Source: Lytechinus pictus
Lineage: Eukaryota
Direction of reading: 5' to 3'
DNA length: 64,000 bases
Assembly: GCF_037042905.1 (NCBI RefSeq)
Contig: NC_087258.1
Coordinates: 682,001-746,000 of the forward strand
Shown here piece after piece: positions 13,701 through 25,700 of this stretch (position 1 is the stretch's first letter; the number at the start of each line of letters is the position of its first letter). The translations under genes and the position numbers were made by a program. The notes beneath the pieces are model-generated. The model made no database searches. It was not told where the DNA came from and saw only the letters and a program-made list of their open reading frames with translations.

Positions 13701-16700
13701 GTACCAAAGGTTAATGCATCAATGCGAGATGTTGCTGACGTCGGTTGGTTTGTTTGTTCAGCTTCAGTATGTGCTCTTATTGAGGTAATGTGCGTTGGCT
13801 CTTGTGTCTGCTCTGTTTGACGGATTGACGTCATACGAGACACGGGGTCTAATGTAGTAAGAGTGACTCTTGTGTTTGATGATGTTGCCGCGGTTCCTTC
13901 ATCGGAAGTAGGTATCATGTCTGCGGTGGTAGCGCCATAAGCCGCGGTAAGCAGGGTACCAAATGTAACGTCAAAACTTGACATAGCTGACGTTGGTTGA
14001 TTCATTTCATCAGATTCCGTAGATGCGACTGAGGTAATAGGCACTGTCACTCGTGTCTGCTCTGTTTGAAGGACTGATGTCATACGGGACATGGGGTCTA
14101 ATGTAGAATGAGCGTCTCTGGTGTTTGATATCGCAGCGGTTACTTCATCAGCAGTAGGTCTTATGTCTGTGGTGGTAGCGTCATAAGCCGTTGTAAGCAA
14201 GGTACCAAATGTAACGTCAGTACGTGATGCTGTTGATAACGGTTGGTCAGTTTCATCAGATGTAGTATGTAACGCGAATGTGGAAGTGGATCCCAACACG
14301 TTTGTCTCGTCTGTTTGACGTACTGATGGTAAGGCACTTACATTATCATCGGTTCCTGATGACGTTACATCGATTTCGCCATCAGTTGACTGACTGGGAT
14401 TAAATGTAGTCCAGATTGTAGGGTCTGTGGCCTGTGTCTTTTCTGTGCCGAAACTCGTTGTGCTTCCGAAATCAGTGAGTTCTGGTGAACTAAGCTCTTC
14501 AGTCGCTGTACTTGACGTTTCACTCGCCAACAACTCAGAAAATGCATAAGTGCTGTCTCTAGCGGTTGTTAACGGAAATTCAGTGTCCCGTTCAGTTGTC
14601 CTATAACTGTATGTCGTAGAAGATACTGGAAGATAATAATTTGACAGGATCAAGTTAATGAGTCTATTGTTAGATTGTGGCTGCGTTGAACATGTATCAG
14701 AACCTTATTTCGCCTTACATATTTTTTTTTCTTTCGGTCTGTGCTTTTATTATCATTGCTATCATTATCTGCATTAATATGTGAGCCCGGACATTCCAAA
14801 ATCACTAAATAATTCTGAGACATGAACAATCTTTCAAGCACTTTTCATATATAGGAGAGATTTCAATACTGATAAAACTTAATGCCATTGGATGGTTTTA
14901 TTTTGACATGTAGGAAATCGGAGAGGGGGTTGATTCAGCTTCATTTGATCACCCAATCACGTGACATCCGCAGACTTGTGTTTGTTTGGGTGTTTTTTTT
15001 CTTTTTTTACAGAAATAATAATGCTAAATATGCTAATCCATGCATGAAGTATTACATAATTTCACTTTCATTCACTGTTGCATATAGCATGAATGGAAAA
15101 TATTCTTTGAATGCAGTTAACAACTCTCATTTGTTGCGCATTCCGATGGTTCTATACATTTTATTCTAATGGGGCATTGCAAAAAATTTGCGATCAATTG
15201 CAAGTCTATTTTCGTTCCCGAAATCAAGCATATACCATGCAATTAATTTCAAATTTGCGATTGATTTCTAATCTGCTCCATAAGACAAGGAGTGATTTGC
15301 TATAGTTAAAAGTGATCAATCAATTGTAAGATTGCAACAGAATATTTGCGATTGATTGCAAATATTTTCTTGCAACACCCCCTCCCCCCTATGTCTGATA
15401 AGTATATTGATATTATTTTTTAAAAAAGGTCATACGACCTGACGAACCTTCGCAAGTTGGAACGTTTGATGGATTCCATGTCCCGTCCCTGCATAACGAC
15501 GAGCTCGGTCCAATGAGAGTCGATCTATCCGGTATGGTGCAATTGAAATTGATGTTCTTTCCGTGAAGATAGTACGTGTCTGAAGATAGCCCTGTATCAC
15601 TCTCGGCATGAAGAATGTTGTCTGCGACGGACGGAGCGGTGCATGTTCCTGCAATTATGAAAGTGTGGATATTTCACATAAATCTGTGACGTCAATGTAG
15701 TAATTACAGTCCATTAAAAGTAGCAAAATCATTAATGCCTGAATTTTCCAATGGTTAGGACTGTCCTTATTTATTATTTCTCTCGGTAAAAACAGCAAAG
15801 AAGATATGAGAGTGGAATAGCTACCCCTTCATTCAATGCATGTTTGTGTTTGAAGCGTCCGCCCCATTCTTCCGATTTTCAAATGATTTTAAAAGAAATG
15901 ATTGATGGGTTTTAACATTCAATCGCAGGTTTTCTATATTGAAAAAAAGAATGCCCATGCTTAGTTTTCTGGTTTTCATTATTCACATCCATCACAATAT
16001 GCATAAAATTTACGCCAATATTGAACACGATGATTATTTTCCAAGAATAAATATGTGAATTATTTGTATCAAAATTATTAATTTAAAAGGGATAGAAATA
16101 ATCCATGTCCAACCATGCCTAATTGCACTTAAAGGGAAATGTATACCTCTAGAATTATCTCGAAAACGTATTCCGAACGAGTATGGAAGTTTGGGGGCTG
16201 ATCATGTTAAATTAATAGGACACAAATGGCATTTGTTACGTTATTGTATAGGTTTACTGACAATATTTAGGGGCAGCTGAAGCCGTCCAACCCCTCCCCC
16301 CCCCACCCCCCCCCCACCCTCCGCATTTGGTTTAGCAGCCCAATCATATACCGTGAATTAATTAATAAACGTACTGTAGCAGAATCGTTGAGATGGGTCA
16401 GGGTACCATCTCGAATCCCAACAGAATGTAAACCAGATCATAGGAGTTGAGATGGTGTTATTGCAGTAGAGAAGAAAACTATCACCGTGGATGAATTGGT
16501 TATCAAGCCGGGACTGCTGCGGGATCACGTAGATATCATCGTCCAGGATTGTAGGATAAGTTGTACAATCTGAAAATATGAGATGCAAATAAGAGAGGCA
16601 AGGAAACCTAATTTAGTAAAAGTTATAGACGATGAGCCCTTTATCCTCGTCAAATTCCAACTTTACACGATGTTTTTTTTGCTTTGTTTTGTTTTTTGTG

Positions 16701-19700
16701 AAAATATTTCAATCTTCGCATTGACATCTACTATCTTGTGACCATTATATTAATTGGTACACATTGGTGACACAACGCAAAATGAAAAGGAATAAACCTC
16801 ATTGTTAACCATTAACGACACGGTAAGAAATTTTTAATATTTCTTTCATAATGAGTGATCAATTGATTATATTGTATAAACGATACAAAACATGAAAGAA
16901 AGAAGCCTAGCTTACTCTCTCCATCGGGTGGAAGAGTGAAGTACTCTTGGGTGAAGATGGGCTTGGGTTCCGATGTGGTGACTGCCTCCGTTGTCCCAGC
17001 AACTAGAATAATTCAAAATGTAAATGACTGCTAAACAGTATTCGATCAATAAATACAGCTGAAAATCGTCTTACACGGTACTAAACGAACCCCGTATACA
17101 TGTGAAAATAAATGATCAACAGTGCGTACTTTTTTATTATAATTGAAATTCACCCCCCCCCCCTTCCCTTAAAAATATAAAAATGTTTGAAGACAACAGA
17201 ATCTTGATCAGCTATTCTTCTTGAGCACACACCAATCCCAAGAAATGATCGTTTAATTGTAAATATTTTTATTTCAATTTCAGACTACGGATCGGATACA
17301 TTTATGACTATAAAAAAAATTGGCAGAAAAATGCGCCAGTATGTTCGCAGATTTACGCATTGCTTTACTGTATGCACGACCAACGTTGCCAGAACTGGCA
17401 TAATTATGCTTTCTGGCATAATTTCGACCCTTTCAGCATAATTTGGGGCATAATAAGACTTTTTTAAGCAAAGAATCTGGCATAATAATAGCATATTTAG
17501 CATAATTTTGATATATTTGAAGATTGAAGACCTTTTTTTTTTTTTTTTGCTTGTAATTTTTTTTTTCTGGTACGAAATCCTTTATTTGTGATTAAAGACC
17601 TTTTTTTTTTTTTTTTTTTTTTTTTGCTTGTCAATTTTTTTTGGCGGACGGTTTTGCCCCCCCCCCCCCCCCGGCCCCCCCTTGTGGAAAATCCTAGGGT
17701 TGGCATAATTTTTCGCGATTTAGCATAATTTCGCTGCTCCTCTGGCATAATTGGAAAGGGTCACCAGCCGATATCAAAGTCGTTCGTAGCTTGCAAACAG
17801 TTTCATGAAGCACCCATCTTGAGTCAGATAGTTTTGATAACTTACACATGCAACTTGGTTGATCACCAGGAGTCCATGTCCCATCCACACAGGTCAGAAG
17901 AGAAGGCCCAGAGAGCACTCCTCGGTTACAGCTGAATGACAAGACTGAGTCGTGGGTATACTTGTTATCCCTGACTAGGCCTTTGGTCATAGTGAACATT
18001 AATGGTCCAGACGAAACTATTGCATCGCAAGGCGCTGTCAGAAGAAAATAGCGAACTTTGCATTATGCACAAATATTTTGTCTAAAAAAAACAGAAACGT
18101 AAAACTACAATCGGTGTTGAAAAAATAAACTACACCAATTTTAATAATAGTGAACACAATATTAATCGTCGGAGAGTGGCAAATTAGTATAAATTTAAGA
18201 ATTTTTTAATTACCTTTATAAAATTCGATTTTGGAAATTTATATCCCTATCAACCTTGCATATTTTGTCTTGAAACCCTTGCCATTCTAATGACACTCTT
18301 TACTTTGAAAATGATATAAATTTCCATTTGTTTTATTTGGTATAATACTGAAATACAATTTGTTTGTATATTCACTTTGTTTTCAAAGAAATATAATTTT
18401 GCCAGTTTCCGATTGTAGAATCGGGTGGTCCTTTACAGAGCCCATTTGTATAATGCGAATTAGACTCAGATTCAGATGTCAGCAGGATAATCAACATTTA
18501 CCATAACAAGCATTGTCTGATATATCTGGCTCCCACCTTCCCTCTGTACATACAGAAAAAGCTGTCCCTCTCGTGGCGTATGGTACAGGAGGGCAGTAGA
18601 GAAGTATGAGGTCATCTAACATGTATTCGACTTGAGACGGATCGATTCGGATATCCGGATCCAGATCGATAGGAATGGTGCACACTGGGTCTGGATATTA
18701 AAATAAAAAAAGAAAGGGGCCCGTATTCTGAAGTCAGGTTTAACTTAGACCATAGTTTAACTCTGTGCTAAAATTATGGGAAGCCAAAAGTCTCAAACTT
18801 TTTATTCAGTTGTATGTTTCTTATGTTCACTGTGCTCTTTCTTGATTCATCGATGGTGAAGACAATTATCTATTTACACTTCCTAGACAATTATCAATGA
18901 TTTGAGAGCCAAGTGAGCTGAAATATGATATCTCTACTGTTAGTGATTTATGTAATAATTGGTTATCCGTAAATGTTTACTCATTTATTGACAAAACATG
19001 CAGGCGCTTAAGACATGGCAATAACATTTTCTTCAAGAGCATGACAGTGCTTTCTTCATAAAAAATAATTTCCCCTGGGTGAGGATACGCATAGGGATGG
19101 AAGAAGATGCAAGTGGGATTCAGAAAAAAAAAAAAAAATGCAAATCGAGATACATGTATAGGAAAATGATAAAACGACAAAAAGGATGAGAGGGAAAAAA
19201 GAGGAAATAGACCAAAAATGTAAAATGTAAAGCATAATGTGCGCTTTTGCTATTGCATGAATATTTACTTATAAAGAATTAAAGATTACTAGTCCTCCTC
19301 CTCAATTTGTAATTCACGTCAATTTATGAATGAATTTGTCATATTAGGATTTGGAAGCTCTTCATCTTATTCTTTCTTTCTCTCCCAGGTGAAAATTTTT
19401 GCACTAAAAATTTGACAAAAGCATAATCAGTTCAAATGCTAAAACTAACAATGAACTAACAATGAACTAAAAATTGAGGAAATAGAATGAGAATTTACGT
19501 TGAGACATCCACCTAAATAAAACACGTTTGTTTGGTTACAAATCCCTCTCAATCTTACACCTACCCCCCTAAAAATATTAATAACTTTCCTACCTTTTCG
19601 CCAGTTATTTATTTTTTTTCTGGCGAATAGCGCAGTAGAAAAGGATACATATAAAGAAAAAAAAGACAGGTTGACCTTATATTTTTATTTACAGCAAACA

Positions 19701-22700
19701 TACTTATGGGGCGCTTACCCTGGTGAGCATCAACATTAAAATATTTGAAAAAGATGTATAAATAACAGGGGCCGCTGAGCGTTTTTAATAATGGAGGGGT
19801 TGAGCTGAATGTGGGAGGGAGTGATCCGGCCCCCCAAAATCACAAATTTATGGACTTCGTGTTTTTGTATACGTTTGCTGATTGGGGGGGGGGGGTGGAC
19901 TGACCCCCCCCCCTACCGACTCCAACGCCTCTGTACTGTTTAATTGAACGATTAAAAGATAGAGACAAAACGTGATACAAATCTTTCATGATTTATTTAT
20001 TACTTTTGTTTTCAGTTGTGAAAACCCCCAGAACGTTTAAAAAAATAATAAAATGAAAGAACAGAATAAAACACTTATAATTTAGATGCTATAATTACAA
20101 TAGATGAAAATAATTTACTTTCTCTCATTGTGACGAACAGTAATCGGTAGCATGGCTATTTTGGAGGAAAAAGGGAGATAGATAAATGAAACGTAGAACG
20201 AGATGAGGAGAGCGTTGGGAGATGTGATTTCAGATCTACTATTTGAGTCACATTTACCCCCTTCCCTCTTTGAAATTGCAACAGGAAAAAAAATAGAATA
20301 GTGGTGTGCAATCTTCAGGAACAAAATTATTTTTATTACAAACTATATTTTATGAAAAGAAGATACCGAAGGCGTTTTTTGTGAAACATTGAGGCAACCA
20401 TCTTAAGGCCCAGAAATCACGAAATAGTTTCGGACTTTTGTTGCGCAGCATCATCATCGTACTCGCAAGGGAATGTTCACCCTATTGTATTCATTCTGGA
20501 AAATAAAGGTAGTTGGTATGCTGTGATTTCACTAAAAACGAATTATCGTCATAATTATACACTTTGCAAATGATCTATATACAAGGAGGTAAAAGAGACC
20601 ATTCATGAGTAGCGTGACAATAGGCAATGAAAAGAGCACTATAGAGCAGACAAACAAAGCGGTATCGATCGAACCCGACCTGTCCGCGTGTGCTGATTGC
20701 CCTTACGCATTTTTGTACACAGTGCGTATTGACTTGGAAAAAAGCAAAGATTTGACAAAATAACACGACTTTTTCCTCGTAAATGTCTTAACTATTCTGT
20801 TGATTTGAGAAGCGAAACCTTTATTTCTAGAAAGAAAAATGTCTGATCTTTCATCTTTACATTTATTAAAAATCCTGAAAAGACATGTACATCAGTTTGG
20901 CGCATTTAGCAATTGATTCGGAAAACACCGCAACGGATCCAAATGCCAGCAATGTACCAAAACGGCTCCGCAGCAGGGAGAGGTATCCGGTTTCGCGGGC
21001 CCGCGACTTTAAACCTGAGTTTAAGTTAAACCCGAATTCAGAATACAGGCCAGAGATTTTAACTAAATCGGATAGGGACCCCCCCCCCCCCCCTTCCTCC
21101 AAAAAAGTGTAAAAAAAAAAAAAAAAAAAATCAGGGGCCCGTTTCATAAAGAGTTACAACTGTTGTAACTTTGCCATTATGGCAACTACCATTGGAAACC
21201 TTGATTCTGATTGGCTGATGAGCCCTGTTATCATAATAGTCCTATATGAAAGGGCCCCAGGTCGACTAATAAATCTCAAACTACCATTTTGTGAGTACCG
21301 TATACTGTGACATCCGGGTAACATCCAGTCCAGTCCCAACCAAATAAGCCAGTTCGCTATAGAAGAAGTTCGGCTCTTTATGTTTGGAATTATTATATTG
21401 GCACTTTGAACTGCCATTAGTATAAAATAGAACATATATTTTTTATTGAAATTGAAATGTTGTTTTATTTTGTATTTAGCTTATGTTATACTAGGTGTCT
21501 TGCGTTGATATTCGAAAGGCAAACAAACCTTTTTTTTATTATTGTACAAAAAAATACGTGTGATTGTGTTCTTATATCCGCTTTATATATATGCTTTCTT
21601 TGTACCTTCGCACGTTGGAAACTCTAGACCAACCCATGCTCCATCATTACAAGTGGGATTCGGCGTAGAGCTCAGTACTCGCCATGTAGTAGTACAAGAA
21701 AAAGCCAATGTGGTTCCGTGATCATACTGATCTTTGCTTTCTCCAGATGATGCATCTCCATGTGTTAGATAGGCTGGAACTCCTGGGGCAGAACAGGGGG
21801 CTGAAAAAGGGAACATAACATAATTATAGATGTCCTAAGTAATGGAACATGGCATGACTAAGAAACCACATACGACATAACCAAAGTTTATACAGATTAT
21901 GACTAACTTTCGTGATCAGAGATAATATAATACAGTGCACTATTCACTTGAAATATCTGTTTTGAATATAAAAAATATCACAAAGTTCAGTTTTTCAAAA
22001 GAATTACCACTATTCAATGTTAAATGACAAGTTCACCCCCCAAAAAAAAACATCATAGTGTGTATACAAATGAGGGGATTGATGACATCACCCACTCACT
22101 ATTTAGTTTGTATCTTATAATATGAAAAATGGAATGTTCCATTTTTCTCCTCATTAAGGGAAGTTCTATTCCTCCCTGAGCATGTGGAATTTTATGTTAC
22201 CATTTCATGGTTCAGTCAAGTTAGTCCTTAAGTATTGTAAAATTTGTAAAATCTTGAATATAGTATAATTGCATCTATAAAAAAGATATAAGGAGTAAGC
22301 GAAATCATCGACTTACATTTGCATGTCATTGAATTGTGCATACAACTACTTTGTGAAATATAAGTGAAAGTTTAAAATGTCATAACTTCCTAATTTAACA
22401 TCTGATTTTGATTGAATTTTCAGCGTTATGCTTGTTGCAATTTTCTCTATTGATTCAAATCAATATTTTTCTGGCCTCGGAGTGGACTTGACATTTAAGA
22501 AGCTTACTTAACCCTTGTTCATTACTACCGTCACTACTGACAATCCTTCTAATGTGTTGCGTCATCTTACCGTAACACGCGTTTGCAGAGAAATCTGGTA
22601 CCCATCCAAATTCTGTACACTGAGAGAATATTTCCCCAGAGAAGACATATGGAGGGGGTGGACAGTATAGGATGATGAAGTCATTTACGTCATATCGGTC

Positions 22701-25700
22701 CTTCCTCACACTTGGGTAAATGTCAGGGTCGAGCTCGACTGGCATTATGCAACCTAGGAATAAAAAGGGTATTTGCAACAGTCTTAATACAATTAAAACC
22801 AAATTATGTAAGAAACAAACCTCATTAATCACAGATGTACCAGTAATTAATATGGTGCAAGGTTTACAGTGTAAATGGTTTCATCTGCTCAAAATATCTG
22901 AAGACTTCATGTGATTGTACTTATTAAATTTAGTTGATTTTAATAATTATTCGCAGGGAGGACCGAATTAAATATTAATCAAATTAATTGCTGAAAAAAG
23001 CACGAAAAGGGAAACAAAGAAATCTATTAGATCACTAGGTCGGGCCAAGCATTTGATACAGTAGGAGCGTGGCTTTATAAAACCAAAAGTGTTCGCTTTG
23101 CTATTCAAAATACCATGGTAACGGGACTCAGCACCCAATCAAGATTTCCAGTTTTCACTCGTAATAAAACGGACCGTTATTTCTTCCAAGATATTGTAAA
23201 TGATATGAAAGTTTTCAAACAATGACTGTAAAACTGTCGTATCATACGAAGCTTATCATAATATACGAATGATACGAATGGTAACGATATCATTTTTTTT
23301 TCTTCTTCTCTTTTACCTTATTGAAACATCTTCTCATAATAAATTAACTTACCAACAAGGGCTGTTGTATGTTTTATGGTCGTTATAACAGGTTCAATAT
23401 TCTGATCGGTGGTCAACAGGACATCAGTGGTCATATTGGTTGTACGACTCGTGGCTGGTGCGGTCGATTGTCCATCGATTGTAGCAAGTAGTGCGTCATT
23501 GGTTGTTGATGTGTCTGTTGTCCCCGCTGTATTCTGTGTCGTTTGATCACTCAGTTTGTGAGTTGTTAACTGACTATTTTCATCAGTTGTCTTGGTTGTT
23601 TTAAAAGAGGATTCATCTGTTGTGATTTTAGGCGTTCCATCAGTTGTGAGAAAAGTGATAATATCAGTCAGTTTGTCAATGGTACTTTGAGTTATTTTGT
23701 CAGCTGTAGCCTGAATCAGTTCATCAGTCATAATTTGAGTCGTCCCGTCAATTGTAACATGAGTCATTCCATCAGACATTTTCTGAGTCGGTTCTTGGGT
23801 ACTGATTTGAGCCGTTTCATCAGTCGTGATATGAGTTGTTCCACTAGTTAGTTTGCTATTTGTACTCTCAGTCGTTTGATCGCTCGTGATCCGAGTCGAT
23901 TGATCAGTTGTCAGTTGTATACTTGTATCAGTTTCATCCGTCGTAATTTCAAACACTCCAGTAGTTGTAATCTTAGTCGTGTCCTTGGTATTGAATGTAG
24001 TCGTTCCATTAGTCGTCATTTTAGTTGTTTCACTCGTCTTTATTTGTGTGATGCTGTCAGTCAGTTTGTCAATTGATCCCTCAGTTGTGATCTGTGCAGT
24101 TTCGTCAGTTTTTACCTGAGTCAATTCATCGGTCAAAATATCTGTTGTCCCATCAGTTTTGATATGAGTCATCCTATCAGATGTGATCTCAGTCGGGTAT
24201 ATGAAACTGATTTGAGTCGTTGTATCAGACATTATTTCAGTGGTTCCTCCAATTAGCTTGTCATTTGTAGTCTGGACCGTTGTATCGGTTGTGATCTGAG
24301 TAATTTCGTTGGTAGTGATTCTAGTCGTTTCATCAGTCGTCATTTTAGTTGTTTCACCAGTTGTTATTTGAGTGATGATGTCAGTCAGTTTGTCAATCGA
24401 ACCCTCAGTTGTGATCTGTGCGGTTTCGCCAGTTGTCACCTGAGTCAATTCATCAGTCAAAATATGAGTTGTCCCATCAGTTTTGATATGTGTCATCCTA
24501 TCAGATGTGAACTCAGTCGGGTATATGAAACTGATTTGAGTCGTTGTATCAGACATTATTTCAGTGGTTCCTCCAATTATCTTGTCATTTGTAGTCTGGA
24601 CCGTTGTATCGGTTGTGATCTGAGTAATTTCGTTGGTAGTGATTCTAGTCGTTTCATCAGTCGTCATTTTAGTTGTTTCACCAGTTGTTATTTGAGTGAT
24701 GATGTCAGTCAGTTTGTCAATCGAACCCTCAGTTGTGATCTGTGCGGTTTCGCCAGTTGTCACCTGAGTCAATTCATCGGTCAAAATATGAGTCGTCTCA
24801 TCAGATCTAATATGAGTCATTCTATCAGATGTGGTCGCAGTCGGGTAATCGAAGCTGATCTGAGTCGCTTTAGCAGTCATTATGTCAGTGGTTCCTCCAA
24901 TTAGTATGTCATTTGTACTCTGAATCGTTGTATCGGCTGTTATCTTAGTCGATTCATAAGTAGTAACATGAGTCATTCTGTCGGACATTATCTGAGTCGG
25001 TTCTTGTGTACTAATTTGAGCCGTTTCATCAATCGTGATAAGAGTTGTTCCACTAGTTAGTTTGGTATTTGTACTCTCAGTCGTTTGATCGCTTGTCATC
25101 CGAGTCGATTGATCAGTTGTCAGTTGTATACTTGTACCAGTTTCATCTGTCGCAATTTCAAACATTCCAGTAGTTGTAATCTTATTCGTGTCCTTGGTAT
25201 TGAATGTAGTCGTTTCATCATTCGTCGTCTTAGTTGTTTCACCCGTTTTTATTTGAGTGATGCTGTCAGTCAGTTTGTCAATTGAACTATCAGTTCTGAG
25301 CTGTGTAGTTTCGTCGGTTATCACCTGAGTCAATTCATCGGTCGAAATTTGAGTCGTCCGATCAGTTTTGATATGAGTCATCCTATCAGATGTGAACTCA
25401 GTCGGGTATATGAAACTGATTTGAGTCGTTGTATCAGACATTATTTCAGTGGTTCCTCCAATTAGGTTGTCATTTGTAGTCTGAACCGTTGTATCGGTTG
25501 TGATCTGAGTCGATTCATCGGCGGTAATTTGAGTCATTCCATTAGTTGGGGTCTGAGTCGTTTCTTTGGTAGTGACTTTAGTCGTTTCATCAGTCGTCAT
25601 CTTAGTTGTTTCACCAGTTTTCATTTTAGTGATACTTTCAGTCAGATTGTCAGTTGTACTCATGGCCGTTTTATCGAATGTGATCTGTGTTGTTACGTCA

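Noticed and set aside
15430-15654. ORF-track proteins at 15430-15654, 35718-35936 and 53015-53341
   Set aside because: Wrong frames; the real CCP/TM exons lie in another frame of the same strand
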